64,000 nt of DNA from an uncultured Methanoregulaceae archaeon (GTDB taxonomy: Archaea > Halobacteriota > Methanomicrobia > Methanomicrobiales > Methanospirillaceae): NCBI GenBank assembly GCA_963701095.1, contig OY969564.1, forward strand, positions 1,952,001 to 2,016,000. Direction: 5' to 3'. The notes below the pieces were generated by a model that saw nothing but the letters and a program-made list of their open reading frames with translations, was not told the DNA's origin and did no database searches. The translations under genes and the position numbers were made by a program. Of the stretch, positions 37,050-48,321 are shown in pieces; position 1 is the stretch's first letter; each line of letters begins with the position of its first letter.

Positions 37050-37267
37050 GGCAGGTAATGGGTAGATGATCATTTTTGTGTTCAAAAATACATGAGATCC
37101 AGTATTATTCTCTCGCTCTTTTAAAAAGGGTCGGCCGATCTGATAAAACTATCAAACGGTAGCTTCCAATGATAATCAGTCGGGTTTTGTAATAGCAGAA
37201 ATTTAGGGAGTATATATTATTTAGAAATAAATATGATAATTAAATAAGGCTTTCAACAGATGATTAA

Positions 37268-37891
37268 ATGATAAGAATTCTTGTGGTGGATGATAATCTC
37301 GATGTCCTTGAAGTATTTGTAGAGATGCTTAACCAGGGAGGGTACTGCGCATCGGCTGCCTCCAGCGGAGAAGAATGCCTGAAGGTTATAAAAAATGAGG
37401 CACCGGATCTAATCCTTCTTGATATTATGATGAAGCCAATGGATGGCTGGGAGACGTTGGAAAAGATCAAAGGAGAAATAACTACGGCGCATATCCCGGT
37501 GCTTATGTTGACATCAAAACAAGTGACTCCGGCCGAAATGGAGAAGTACAGCACCTGCATTGAAGATTATGTCCTTAAACCTGTCACTAACATTGAACTT
37601 TATAATGTGATTGAGCATGTGTTTGACCGCCAGCGAAATATCCAGTCGGGTGTAGATCGGGCAAAGAAGTACGGGGTTGATTCCAGAGTTGTCAGTGAAT
37701 ACGCCCTTCTTTCAAGAAGCATCGATATCAATAAGCGATTCCTGAATATTATCGAAACCAGGTATAATCTCAATAACGCATACATGGATACCAACGACAG
37801 TATCTATGCTGCGCTGAAAAAATTGGACGCCACCATCAGGTTTCAGAAGACCCGTCTTCAGGAAATCGAAGAAGAAATCAAAATACCTTAG
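37268..37891 (+). CDS. Response regulator
   Basis: ILVVDD, LLDIMMKPMDG, KP; helical C-terminus. Confidence 0.88.
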   Translation: MIRILVVDDNLDVLEVFVEMLNQGGYCASAASSGEECLKVIKNEAPDLILLDIMMKPMDGWETLEKIKGEITTAHIPVLMLTSKQVTPAEMEKYSTCIEDYVLKPVTNIELYNVIEHVFDRQRNIQSGVDRAKKYGVDSRVVSEYALLSRSIDINKRFLNIIETRYNLNNAYMDTNDSIYAALKKLDATIRFQKTRLQEIEEEIKIP

Positions 37892-38057
37892 CTGAGTTCA
37901 TTGGCGGAGTGCAATCGTACGATCGATTGAATGATTTTTAAGATATGAAATGTTCCATGGCCGTCCATAAATTTTTCTGACGTCAGACTCCTGTTATTAA
38001 CTCGATTTCTCCTAAAACTTTCGCTTAATAATTCCCCAATTTAAAGGACTAAATCCA

Positions 38058-38288
38058 TTACTGGTGTTTTCCCAGATGCCTGGCGAGTGCAGTTTTCTTA
38101 TGATATTTTTCTGCAATGGCAAGAGCCGTTGTCCGGAGATCCTGGTGATCCCTCAGACAGCTATCAGGGGGCGGGGATTTGCGAAGTAATGCCGAAGTGT
38201 TTTCGGTCACCTGGATGAGTTCAGTTGCTATCAATGCATTAAGCCAAATAAGATCGGCGAGCATGTCTTTGAGTTCAGCATCTTCCAT
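38058..38288 (-). CDS. Small hypothetical protein
   Basis: 76-aa helical ORF with upstream TATA-like sequence. Confidence 0.65.
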   Translation of the reverse strand: MEDAELKDMLADLIWLNALIATELIQVTENTSALLRKSPPPDSCLRDHQDLRTTALAIAEKYHKKTALARHLGKHQ

Positions 38289-38364
38289 ATACCTATTTCA
38301 GAAATACCCGATATATAAGGAGACCCATTGTTTATCGAGCGGTTTTAAAAAAAGTGTAGCATTC

Positions 38365-38622
38365 CTAACCCCGCCACCGGAAGTAGGGAATGCCGTTAAT
38401 TACACGATATTCAATCTTTTTCTCTTCAAACAGCAGCGGGGCAATCAGCGTGAGGTTTGCAATAAACACATCAAGATGCTTTGTACGGTTCATACCGGGC
38501 CCTATGAGTGCTTCCTCGATCTCGTGAAGCGAGTATGCCACACCGGGATGTTGCTTAAGCAAATTTTCGATTTCATTTGTCCCGGCGGCTCCTTTTTCGA
38601 ATTCATCCGCTGATAATGACAT
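38365..38622 (-). CDS. Small hypothetical protein (possible winged helix)
   Basis: Composition and C-terminal beta-hairpin-like IEYRVINGIPYF. Confidence 0.55.
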   Translation of the reverse strand: MSLSADEFEKGAAGTNEIENLLKQHPGVAYSLHEIEEALIGPGMNRTKHLDVFIANLTLIAPLLFEEKKIEYRVINGIPYFRWRG

Positions 38623-38739
38623 AAATAATAACCTCAATCCATCGATTACGGTTCGCGATACATAAATCTTGGGAAGCATGCAGTTTTTCTGACGGGAACC
38701 TTAATGCATTTTCGTTCCAGATATCTTTCCCTGAGTACC

Positions 38740-39156
38740 ATGACGTATCTGGATAATATCCGAAAGGATGGTAAATATGCCAACCCTTTTTTTTGCCTTG
38801 CCGGAATTGAAGTCGTTCATACAGAGGAAGGTCGTGCAATCTTGAAAATGATTGTCCGGCCTGATATGCATAATGGCGTTGGCTGGCTGCAGGGAGGCAT
38901 GCTCGTTGCCCTCGCTGATGAGGCGATGGCGCTTGCACTCTATCCAATGCTTGCTGAGACTGAAGGCATAGCAACCATTTCGGAGTCGACGAGTTTTATC
39001 AAAGGAATACGGGATGGCGTGATTATAGCTGAGGGAAGAGTAATCAGGAAAGGGCGAAGGGTAGCGTTCTGCGAGGGAGAAGTCAGGATGGGTAATGCAG
39101 AAAAGACCATATTATCGAGGACTACGGCATCATTTGCTGTTACATCCCTGATATAA
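38740..39156 (+). CDS. PaaI-family thioesterase
   Basis: NGVGWLQGGMLVALADEA hotdog-fold motif. Confidence 0.88.
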   Translation: MTYLDNIRKDGKYANPFFCLAGIEVVHTEEGRAILKMIVRPDMHNGVGWLQGGMLVALADEAMALALYPMLAETEGIATISESTSFIKGIRDGVIIAEGRVIRKGRRVAFCEGEVRMGNAEKTILSRTTASFAVTSLI

Positions 39157-39163
39157 AAAGAGT

Positions 39164-39901
39164 TTATTTACTTTTCATTTTCTTAGAACGGGTTTTTTTG
39201 TCAGGAGTATCTGTAATCTTCTTTACGGAGGGAGTTCTTTTGATAAGGTAATACCCGATACCGACTCCGGCGATAATCACAATGACAACGATGGCGATCA
39301 GCGTTAATGGCAGTGCAGTGGAAGCAGATTTTTCTGCATCGGCAATTTTTGTTGGTAAGACTGTACTATTAGGATAGGTCACGAGCGCTGCTTTATACGT
39401 GGTTACTGCATCCTGGTAATTACCCATTTTATCCAGGGCATCTCCTTTGTTGATTAATGCAGTAGTAAAGTTTGCATCACTGGACAGTGCCTGATTGTAA
39501 GAATTCACGGCGTCTGCATAATCGCCGAGCATAAATTGGGCATAGCCTTTGTTGTTCCACAGGTTTTCGTCTGTAGGGTACAAGGCAAGTCCGGCATTAA
39601 GAGTGGCTAATGCATCAGTGTAATTGCCCTGCTGGATTTGGGCATAGGATTTATCATGGTAGATATCGGTGAGGACACCGTCTAACTGGACCATTGTCGT
39701 ATTTGATCCAAGTGCCTGATCAAAACTCGCGATCGCACCGGTGAAGTTCCCGGCTGAAAGTGCAAGCTCGCCATAGTTATAGTAATCGGTAGCGATATCG
39801 TGTGTTGAAGTAACAGTCACATTTTCTGCCACAGCGGGAAAAATAGCAATGGCGCACAGCAGAAAAAGTGACAGAATTCCCAGAATCTGTCCACGCTTCA
39901 T
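39164..39901 (-). CDS. Exported, membrane-anchored TPR protein
   Basis: Signal peptide, TPR repeats (WNNKG...), C-terminal TM plus basic tail. Confidence 0.85.
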   Translation of the reverse strand: MKRGQILGILSLFLLCAIAIFPAVAENVTVTSTHDIATDYYNYGELALSAGNFTGAIASFDQALGSNTTMVQLDGVLTDIYHDKSYAQIQQGNYTDALATLNAGLALYPTDENLWNNKGYAQFMLGDYADAVNSYNQALSSDANFTTALINKGDALDKMGNYQDAVTTYKAALVTYPNSTVLPTKIADAEKSASTALPLTLIAIVVIVIIAGVGIGYYLIKRTPSVKKITDTPDKKTRSKKMKSK

Positions 39902-40031
39902 GTCCGTTTATATGCGTATTCTTCAGACATCAATCTTACTTTTTTAATTCTGGACCGGCCGTTCTATCCCGTCGTTAAGATAATAATAATAGGGAATGCG
40001 GGTTAAATGGTAAAGCAATCGGGGAGATCAC

Positions 40032-41612
40032 GTGAAGTATATTTTTATCACCGGTGGTGTTATGAGCGGCCTGGGAAAAGGGATCACGGCTGCATCGGTA
40101 GGACGGATCCTGAAAAACAGGGGGTACCGGGTCACGGCTGTGAAAATTGACCCCTACCTGAATATAGATGCAGGTACAATGAACCCGGCCCAGCATGGCG
40201 AGGTTTTTGTTTTAAAGGATGGAAGCGAAGTTGACCTGGACCTCGGAAATTACGAACGGTTCCTGGATATCGAGCTTACAGCTTCGCACAATATTACCAC
40301 TGGAAAAGTATACCGCACGGTAATTGAAAAGGAACGCCGTGGAGATTTCCTTGGCGAAACTGTTCAGATCATCCCCCACATCACCGATCAGATAAAGGCA
40401 TGTATCCGGCAGGCTGCGGAAGAGGAATTCCCTGAAAAGACGAAAGCCGAGGTATGCCTGGTGGAAGTTGGCGGTACCGTTGGCGATATTGAAAGCATGC
40501 CCTTCCTCGAAGCTGTCCGGCAGATGCGTGGTGAACTCCCCGCACATGATTATGTCCTCATTCATGTCACTCTTGTTCCTGAAGACGCAATGGGTGATTT
40601 AAAGACAAAACCGACCCAGCACTCAGTGAAGGCACTCCGGGAACTCGGGTTGCATGCGGATCTGATTGTCGGAAGGAGTGAGCGGGTGATTGGCGCCAAT
40701 ACCAAACGCAAGATTTCTGCGTTCTGCGACCTCCCTATAAACGCGGTCATATCTGCGGCCACTGCCCGTGATACCTATGAGGTACCGATGGAGATGGAAA
40801 AAGAGGGTATTGCAGATGTCCTTTCCTCCATATTAGGTCTTGAGAAGAAAGAGACCGATCCCTCATGGTACCGGCTTGTTACCAAAGAGTACACGAACCG
40901 GGTAACGGTTGCAATCGTGAGTAAATATGGCATTGAGGATGTTTATATCAGCATCAAGGAAGCGCTCAAACATGCAGGGAGAGCGCTTTCCACCGAAGTG
41001 AAAATTGTATGGCTGGACGCAGAACGTTATGAACGCTGCCAGCTGAAGGATTACGATGGCATCCTTATCCCGGGAGGATTCGGTAAACGTGGCATTGAAG
41101 GAAAAATTGAGGCAATTAAGTTTGCACGGGAAAATAACGTACCGTTCCTTGGCCTCTGCCTCGGGTTCCAGCTGGCAACGGTCGAATTTGCCCGCCATAA
41201 ATGCGGTATTGCGAATGCAACAAGTGAGGAATTCGGGGAAGGCTCACATGTAATTGCGCTTCTTCCCGAACAGGAAAGTGTTACGGAACTGGGTGGCACG
41301 ATGCGTCTCGGTGACTATACCTCAGATATCCGGGACAACACTCTTGCCATGAAACTCTATGGGCAGAACCAGATTGTGGAACGCCATCGTCACCGGTATG
41401 AGGTCAACCCCGATTATATAGAAAAGCTGGAAAAAGAAGGGCTAGTCTTCTCGGCAACAAACAAGAACCGGATGGAATGCCTGGAGCTTCCCGGCCACCC
41501 GTTCTTCTTTGCAACGCAATTTCATCCTGAGTTCAGGTCACGGCCGACACGCCCTTCCCCGTCATATATTGGTTTTGTCGAGGCATGCAGGGCGAATAAG
41601 CGGACAAAGTAA
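40032..41612 (+). CDS. pyrG: CTP synthase
   Basis: [33 protein letters not shown]. Confidence 0.97.
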   Translation: MKYIFITGGVMSGLGKGITAASVGRILKNRGYRVTAVKIDPYLNIDAGTMNPAQHGEVFVLKDGSEVDLDLGNYERFLDIELTASHNITTGKVYRTVIEKERRGDFLGETVQIIPHITDQIKACIRQAAEEEFPEKTKAEVCLVEVGGTVGDIESMPFLEAVRQMRGELPAHDYVLIHVTLVPEDAMGDLKTKPTQHSVKALRELGLHADLIVGRSERVIGANTKRKISAFCDLPINAVISAATARDTYEVPMEMEKEGIADVLSSILGLEKKETDPSWYRLVTKEYTNRVTVAIVSKYGIEDVYISIKEALKHAGRALSTEVKIVWLDAERYERCQLKDYDGILIPGGFGKRGIEGKIEAIKFARENNVPFLGLCLGFQLATVEFARHKCGIANATSEEFGEGSHVIALLPEQESVTELGGTMRLGDYTSDIRDNTLAMKLYGQNQIVERHRHRYEVNPDYIEKLEKEGLVFSATNKNRMECLELPGHPFFFATQFHPEFRSRPTRPSPSYIGFVEACRANKRTK

Positions 41613-41627
41613 GAAAGGCAGGTCAAC

Positions 41628-42545
41628 ATGGTCAAACCAGAGAAATTTATCCCGGCGGCAATCGAGGAGATCAAAAAAGCAGCCGGTAACGAAAAGGTTG
41701 TCGTAGCACTATCAGGTGGCGTTGACAGCTCAGTATGTGCGGCGCTTGCCGCCTTGGCAATCGGGGACCGGCTGGTCCCGATCTATATCGATACCGGCCT
41801 TATGCGAAAAGGAGAAACTGAAAGGATAAAAAAAATCTTTGGTGATATCAGGCTCCAGGTAGTTGAAGCAGGCGATGAATTCCTTGCCGCACTTGCCGGG
41901 ATCACTGATCCTGAGGAGAAACGTAAAGCAATTGGCGAACGTTTTATCCGGGTCTTTGAAAGAGAAGCAAAAAAGTCGGGCGCGACCTGCCTTTTGCAGG
42001 GTACTATCTATCCTGACCGGATAGAGAGTGAAGGAGGCATCAAAAGTCACCATAATGTCGGCGGGATGCCTTTAAAAATGGCGTTCACCAAGATTATCGA
42101 ACCAATCCGGGACCTGTATAAAGACGAAGTTCGGGAAATTGCAGGAGCGCTTAATCTGCCTCCCGAGATCCAGCACCGGATGCCGTTTCCCGGGCCCGGC
42201 CTTGCTGTCAGAATTATAGGAGAGGTTACCCGTGAGAAAGTTGAGGTTATCCGCGAGGCAAACTGGATCGTTGAGGCTGAGATAGTTGAGCAGTACCGCC
42301 CCTGGCAGTGTTTTGCCGCACTGTTAGGCCTTGGGACCGGAGTCAAAGGCGACAACCGGATCCATGGCTGGATTGTTGCAATCCGGGCCGTGAACTCACG
42401 GGATGGCATGACCGCTGACCCCGTCGAAATCCCGTTTGCCGATCTGACGAGAATTGGCTCTAGGATTACTGCCGAGATCCCCCGCGTTGCTCGTGTGGTA
42501 TATGATGTCACGCCGAAACCGCCGGCGACCATCGAGTACGAATGA
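41628..42545 (+). CDS. guaA: GMP synthase subunit B (ATPPase)
   Basis: [31 protein letters not shown]. Confidence 0.95.
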   Translation: MVKPEKFIPAAIEEIKKAAGNEKVVVALSGGVDSSVCAALAALAIGDRLVPIYIDTGLMRKGETERIKKIFGDIRLQVVEAGDEFLAALAGITDPEEKRKAIGERFIRVFEREAKKSGATCLLQGTIYPDRIESEGGIKSHHNVGGMPLKMAFTKIIEPIRDLYKDEVREIAGALNLPPEIQHRMPFPGPGLAVRIIGEVTREKVEVIREANWIVEAEIVEQYRPWQCFAALLGLGTGVKGDNRIHGWIVAIRAVNSRDGMTADPVEIPFADLTRIGSRITAEIPRVARVVYDVTPKPPATIEYE

Positions 42546-42628
42546 ACTCATTTGTCCCGTTACAACCCGGGAATAAATGTCCGAAAATAAGAAGACAAAA
42601 TAAAAAAACCAAAAATCACGTGATACCC

Positions 42629-43780
42629 ATGAAAAACGCCGATATTACCAGCATTTACAAGGCGCTGGACGACCAGTACTTTATGCCAGCTTTCTCCCGG
42701 AATATGGCGATTGTCCGCGGGAAAGGGTCCATCGTGTGGGATGGAACCGGAAAAGAATACATCGATTGTGTAGCCGGCATTGCCGTTTGCAGCACCGGTC
42801 ATTGCCATCCTGCTGTTGTAAAGGCTATCTGCGAACAGGCGCACGAGCTCATACACTGTTCAAATCTCTATTACGTTCCTCACCAGGGAGAACTCGCACA
42901 GAAGATCGTAGAGATCACGGGTATGAAAAAAGCCTTCTTCTCCAACTCTGGCGCTGAAGCAAGTGATGGGGCCCTGAAACTTGCCCGGGTCAGGACCAAA
43001 AAGAAGAAGTTTGTTGCCTTCATGCATGGTTTCCATGGGAGGACGATAGGATCGCTTGCAGTAACCCACAAACCAGCAGCCCGTGAACCGTTCGAACCTT
43101 TGGGCTTACCAACCACGTTTGTCGAGTACGGGAACCTCGAAGCGTTAAAGAAAGCCGTCGATCGCGATACCGCGGCGGTAATTGTTGAGCCTATACAGGG
43201 TGAAGCGGGTGTTATTATTCCTCCGGACAGTTTCCTTGAAGGTATCCGTGAAATCTGTGATGCAACCGGGACACTCATGATAGTAGATGAAGTTCAGACC
43301 GGGATGGGTCGAACCGGAAAATGGCTTGCAATCCAGCACACCAAAGTTGAGCCTGATATTATCACTCTTGCAAAAGGTATCGCAAGCGGGTTTCCCATGG
43401 GTGCACTTGTAGCCCGTGACGGTCTCGAATTTACGAAGGGCGAACACGGGAGTACATTTGCAGGCGGCCCTCTTGCATGCGCTGCCAGCCTTGCGACGAT
43501 CAGCGTCCTCGAACCACTCCTTCCCGAAATAGTCCGTAAAGGCGAGCGGCTCCGCCAGGGCCTTGCAAAATACCATCCCCGGGTACGCGGTCTGATGATT
43601 GGTGTTACAGTCGGGGACAAGTGTCCTGATGTCCAGAATGAATGTGCGGAGCAGGGTGTGCTTGTCAACTGTGCGGCAGATGGCAACCTGCGGTTAGTCC
43701 CGCCACTCGTAATCTCGGATGCTGAGATTGACCAGGTGGTGAAGGTGATCGATGGAGCACTTAGTAAGGTCATGCTATAA
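42629..43780 (+). CDS. argD: Acetylornithine aminotransferase
   Basis: NSGAEA, FHGRT, EPIQGE, DEVQTGMGRTG, LAKG, STFAG. Confidence 0.9.
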   Translation: MKNADITSIYKALDDQYFMPAFSRNMAIVRGKGSIVWDGTGKEYIDCVAGIAVCSTGHCHPAVVKAICEQAHELIHCSNLYYVPHQGELAQKIVEITGMKKAFFSNSGAEASDGALKLARVRTKKKKFVAFMHGFHGRTIGSLAVTHKPAAREPFEPLGLPTTFVEYGNLEALKKAVDRDTAAVIVEPIQGEAGVIIPPDSFLEGIREICDATGTLMIVDEVQTGMGRTGKWLAIQHTKVEPDIITLAKGIASGFPMGALVARDGLEFTKGEHGSTFAGGPLACAASLATISVLEPLLPEIVRKGERLRQGLAKYHPRVRGLMIGVTVGDKCPDVQNECAEQGVLVNCAADGNLRLVPPLVISDAEIDQVVKVIDGALSKVML

Positions 43781-44798
43781 GCAGGGCGGGTATGTATTCG
43801 CAAAAAAAGCGGCAAACCTCGCAGGTGACGGGAGGGTTGCACGTCTTGCAAGTAACGAAAATCCCGAAGCCCCTTCTCCGGCGGCGATAGCGGCAGCACA
43901 GGAAGCAGTACGTACTGCAAACAGGTATCCTGATGAGCGGGTGGACGTCCTTGTCTCTGCCCTTCGCGCTTATTACGGTAACTACCATTTCGTGACCGGT
44001 GTCGGTATGGATGGCGTGATTGAAACGCTGATACGGACACTTGTTGATCCCGGGGATAAGGTGGCTGTATCTACCCCTACCTTCTCCTTCTATGGGATCG
44101 CCGCTCAAGCACAGGGTGCAAACGTTATTGCAGTCCGGCGCCAGCCGGATTTTTCCGTTGATACTGCCGCACTTATCCGCGAAGGAAAAGATGCCAAGAT
44201 TGTCGTGCTCTGTACACCCAATAACCCAACCGGTAATTTAACCTCATTTGAAGATGTTCAAACAATACTTGAGGGGATTTGTGGGATGCTTTTCCTCGAC
44301 AATGCGTATGTTGAGTTTTCTGGCACCGATTATCTCCCTCTCATGAGAAAGTACGAAAATCTGGTCATTGGCAGGACGTTCTCGAAAGTTCACTCACTTG
44401 CCGGCCTTCGTATCGGATACGCGTTTGTACCGGCCTGGCTTCAACCGTTCTACCTTCGGGCTGGTACACCGTTTACGGTGAATACGATTTCTGCAGCAGC
44501 TGCTGCAGCTGCGTTAACAGACAAGGCACATGCTGACCGGTATATTGGCCAGGTCGTTACATGGCGCAAACAGTTCAGCGCTGACCTGAAGTATCCGGTG
44601 CTGCCTTCGGGTGCCAACTTTGTGATGGTCGATGTAACGCCCTTCACCTGCGATGAGGTCGTGGAGAGACTGGCTGCAAAAGGAGTGCTTGTTCGTTCCT
44701 GCAGAAGTTTTACAGGACTTGCTGACCATTATATCAGGGTGAGCATTGGCGAGGACTGGGAGAACGAACGCTTTATAAAGGAGTTAAACGCCCTATGA
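43752..44798 (+). CDS. hisC: Histidinol-phosphate aminotransferase
   Basis: LASNEN, PNNPTG, RTFSK..LAGLRIG, ANF. Confidence 0.9.
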   Translation: MEHLVRSCYKQGGYVFAKKAANLAGDGRVARLASNENPEAPSPAAIAAAQEAVRTANRYPDERVDVLVSALRAYYGNYHFVTGVGMDGVIETLIRTLVDPGDKVAVSTPTFSFYGIAAQAQGANVIAVRRQPDFSVDTAALIREGKDAKIVVLCTPNNPTGNLTSFEDVQTILEGICGMLFLDNAYVEFSGTDYLPLMRKYENLVIGRTFSKVHSLAGLRIGYAFVPAWLQPFYLRAGTPFTVNTISAAAAAAALTDKAHADRYIGQVVTWRKQFSADLKYPVLPSGANFVMVDVTPFTCDEVVERLAAKGVLVRSCRSFTGLADHYIRVSIGEDWENERFIKELNAL

Positions 44799-45307
44799 TG
44801 TGCGGTATCACCGGGACGCCGGGAACAGGCAAATCAACGGTCGCAGACGAACTGTTTCGTCGGGGGCACAGAGTGGTTCACATCACAGATGTAGTGCAAC
44901 CCTACGTGTTGGGAAAAGACCCGGAGCGGGACACGCAGATCATTGACACCGACAAGATGGTCGATGAATTGGTGCCCTTCGATGGTTTTGTCGAGGGCCA
45001 TTTCGCTCACTTACTTCCCTGTGATCGCATAGTGGTGTTGCGTCTTCGTCCTGACGAGCTGGTTGCACGCCTCAAAGCCCGGGGGTATTCATCCAATAAG
45101 ATCGTGGAGAACCGGGATGCTGAAGCGCTTGATGTCTGCCTGATCGAGACGGTAGATCTTTACGATCCTGATTATATTTTTGAACTTGATACGACAGCCA
45201 AAAGCCTGGCTGCTTGTGCTGACACGATCGAGCGGTTTTACCGGGGCGAAATCCCTGCCTCTTTTGGGTCGATCGACTGGTCAGCGTTTGCTGAGGTGTC
45301 GCCTTGA
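44795..45307 (+). CDS. Adenylate kinase (AK6/Fap7 type)
   Basis: ITGTPGTGKS, VEGH, RGY...K..EN. Confidence 0.88.
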   Translation: MMCGITGTPGTGKSTVADELFRRGHRVVHITDVVQPYVLGKDPERDTQIIDTDKMVDELVPFDGFVEGHFAHLLPCDRIVVLRLRPDELVARLKARGYSSNKIVENRDAEALDVCLIETVDLYDPDYIFELDTTAKSLAACADTIERFYRGEIPASFGSIDWSAFAEVSP

Positions 45308-45900
45308 CCCTTGACCAGTTCCGGCCGCATGTCAAGGTCTACTTCGATCCTCTCGTGCGGTTTGCCATCCGGTGCAGGCTTACGCCAAATATTCTTACAA
45401 TCGCGGCGTTTATCGCTTCTGCTGCCGCGGGCCTCCTCTTTTATTTCCGCCTTGAACTCTGGGCGGTACTTGCAGTCGCCATAAATGCGTTTTGCGATGC
45501 AATGGATGGAGCGGTTGCCCGGGAGACCAAAAGCCAGAGCCTAAGGGGAGATTTCCTCGACCATGCGGTAGACCGATACGCTGACATATTCATTATCACC
45601 GGTATCTTCGCAAGCGGCCTCGTAATCTGGCCTATTGGCGTTCTTGCTCTCACCGGGGTCCTGATGTCGTCGTACCTGGGGACGCAGGCACAAGCGGTTG
45701 GCGTGGGGAGGTACTACGGGGGAGTACTGGGCAGGGCCGACCGGCTCGTGCTGATAATGGTGGCCGGGATTGCTACAATCCTTTATCCCCTGACTATATT
45801 CAGTCTGAACTGGCTGGGCTGGCTTCTTCTCCTCTTTGGTGTCTTTGGCCACCTCACAGCATTCCAGCGGTTTGCATATGTGTGGCGGAAGATGGAATAA
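45304..45900 (+). CDS. CDP-alcohol phosphatidyltransferase (archaetidylinositol-phosphate synthase-like)
   Basis: DAMDGAVAR...GDFLDHAVDRYAD motif. Confidence 0.9.
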   Translation: MTLDQFRPHVKVYFDPLVRFAIRCRLTPNILTIAAFIASAAAGLLFYFRLELWAVLAVAINAFCDAMDGAVARETKSQSLRGDFLDHAVDRYADIFIITGIFASGLVIWPIGVLALTGVLMSSYLGTQAQAVGVGRYYGGVLGRADRLVLIMVAGIATILYPLTIFSLNWLGWLLLLFGVFGHLTAFQRFAYVWRKME

Positions 45901-45946
45901 CCAATCCTTTTAGAAGGGTAAAAATGGATAATCCGAGATGCCGACA

Positions 45947-46606
45947 TTATGGTGTTTCAGGTCTCTCTTTTAGATCCCGGATATATTCCAGCGCCGCAAT
46001 TGCATCTTCCCGTTTCTGATCAGCAGGGGTTTCTGTGACAAAAGCGAGGAACCGTTCTTTTGTCGCCGTATCAATTGCATCGCCGGCAACAGTCACGATT
46101 TTCTGGTAGGTACGTTGTGGATAAAAAACTGAACGTGCTGCGTCGAGCAGGATTTGGTGGACATCAGAAGAGATAACTCCGGCAGTCTCCGCATTTTTTA
46201 GTGTGCACCGGATATTGATGAGCGGCTCGGAGAGCGAATATCCTGAGACCGGATCGAAAACAAGTGCTACTTCGTCATCGGATGTGAGTGTGCCGTCTTT
46301 GTACATCTGGTAAATCTTTCCTATACCGGTCATACCCAGTGTATCCATCTCTGCAGCCCGAAGTGCGCCCATGCTCGATGCACCGATTACGGTTACCCCA
46401 TGTTTTACTGCAGCAAGGATCTCTCGATGTGCAACAGCAGCATCCTGATGGAAAACCCCGTCGATAAGACCGATGATCTTTGCACCGTCATGAATTGCCG
46501 CGAGGATATCGCTTCGCTTTGCAGGCAGCCGGTACTCTGCCGCGAGAATTTTTTGCGCAGATGCCAGATCAAGGCTTGGCCCGAGAAAAACGATGATTTT
46601 TTGCAT
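45947..46606 (-). CDS. tfuA: TfuA, partner of YcaO in McrA thioamidation
   Basis: VFLGPSL, IDGVF, GASSMGALRAAE, DDEVA, DQKREDA. Confidence 0.92.
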   Translation of the reverse strand: MQKIIVFLGPSLDLASAQKILAAEYRLPAKRSDILAAIHDGAKIIGLIDGVFHQDAAVAHREILAAVKHGVTVIGASSMGALRAAEMDTLGMTGIGKIYQMYKDGTLTSDDEVALVFDPVSGYSLSEPLINIRCTLKNAETAGVISSDVHQILLDAARSVFYPQRTYQKIVTVAGDAIDTATKERFLAFVTETPADQKREDAIAALEYIRDLKERPETP

Positions 46607-47781
46607 GTCTGAGCCGCTCCCCTCGCCGTTCGGGATCCATTGCATAGACTTCGAGACCTGGAACGATCACCCTGACCACCGGTATCCCTATCTCCTCTCT
46701 GGTCAGGTCAACAACAATCACCCGGTCAAGTCCCTGTTTCCTGAGTGCATCAATCGCAAACCGGATATCCTGAGCGAAGTCATCGCTGTCATATGAACCG
46801 AGATTTTCATAATTGACGGTCCCATTATCCTTAAACCAGTACCCGTTGATCCGTTTGACCCGGTCGTACCCCATCTTTTTCCGGAGGTCTGCCGTTATTG
46901 TATCTTCCCGCGCACCATGGATCTGGGTAAGGCGGCTCTGTGCCACTTCAGTAAGGGCCCTCATGATCGCAATGCGGGCATTGGTATGGGTACCGATCCC
47001 GATCGTAAGCAGCGAGGGATCTTTGAGCAGTACATCATCGGAGACTGCAGCTGATTGTGGGAATGCCGATATCACTGGTAATATCCCGGACAATAACGTC
47101 GACTTTTGCATCAGTAAATTTCTTCTGCATTTCTGCAATCATGGGATCGTCGATCCCGGTCACTGCCGGTCCGGTATCCCGGGTAGCTTCAACAAGCGAC
47201 CAGGCATCCCGTTCAATAACTTCACAGAGTGCATGGAAGATTGCCTCTTCTCTTGTATTTCCTGACGCAAGACCGTTTGTCGAAGTCCGGAAAATTTGGC
47301 GGAAGTTCCGGGGAAGAGGATGGAAGACAGCCTGCGCAGGAACGAAGACCGGGATATCGTTTGCGATATCCCAGCCCTCGACCCAGGGGAGGACATGGCC
47401 GGGTTCGGTTTCTGAAGGGAGGATAAGATCCTTTGGATTGATCGCCGGTGCATTCCCGGCAAGCATTTCATAGGTGTCCAGTTGGATCTTGCGGTCGTGG
47501 ATCTCTGACGAATACCGTTCGATTCCTTCCATGATGCCGGAGATCCGTGATTCCTCGACTGTCGCTCCCTTCCCGTTATAGACCGTAATCGCCCCGTCAT
47601 CAGCGGTCGGCCGGATACAGGAGAAGACGGGAATGCCAATCCGATCGAGATTAGTAATATCTGCAACCCGGGTGATGCCGGCGACCGGGACTTTTGGTTC
47701 TATCCGCTCAAGGGTTTCTGCCAGCGGCACTGCCCGCTGGGTTTCGCGGTTATAGGTCTTTTTGCAGGGAGAAATGTGCAT
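46569..47781 (-). CDS. ycaO: YcaO-family McrA-glycine thioamidation protein (frameshift near 47052)
   Basis: ITNLDRIGIP, NGKG, STNGLASGN..EEA....CEVIERDA, then EVAQSR and VRVIVPGLE in the second frame. Confidence 0.92.
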
Positions 47782-47933
47782 GGGGGTTCACCGGGGTTAC
47801 CGAGCGGATGAGATTGTCCTTTTTAAGAGATTTTACATTATTGTGGTTTATACATGTCCATAGTCCGGGAGCGCGAAGGGAGAATAGTCCAGCCACCCCC
47901 GGATATATTACCTTCCCGTGGCAATGGTGGTAT

Positions 47934-48275
47934 ATGGATTATTCCTACCTTGCCCTGAAATTCCTCATCGGCGGCGGCGTCATTGTAGGTGTAACATTTC
48001 TGGCAGAACAAGTCGACCCGAAATACGGAGGGATTCTCGCCGCAGCCCCGATAACGACAACATTGGCATTTCTTTTCACGTATTCAGATGCCGGGCAGGC
48101 GATAACAAGGCAGCTGGTGATGGGATCCTTCTGGTTTGCCATCCCCACCCTGCTCTTTCTACTGACGCTGTACCTTCTTATGTCACGATATTCCCTCATA
48201 CCCAGTTTTGGCGGGGCATATGGTGTATGGTTTGCAGCAGTCCTCGTAATGAACCGGTTACTTACCGGGATTTGA
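47934..48275 (+). CDS. DUF3147-like membrane protein
   Basis: LKFLIGG, GGILAAAP; four hydrophobic segments. Confidence 0.7.
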   Translation: MDYSYLALKFLIGGGVIVGVTFLAEQVDPKYGGILAAAPITTTLAFLFTYSDAGQAITRQLVMGSFWFAIPTLLFLLTLYLLMSRYSLIPSFGGAYGVWFAAVLVMNRLLTGI

Positions 48276-48321
48276 GCACAAGGGTCTTCATACACAATAA
48301 AATAGTGAATTTTTATGGATT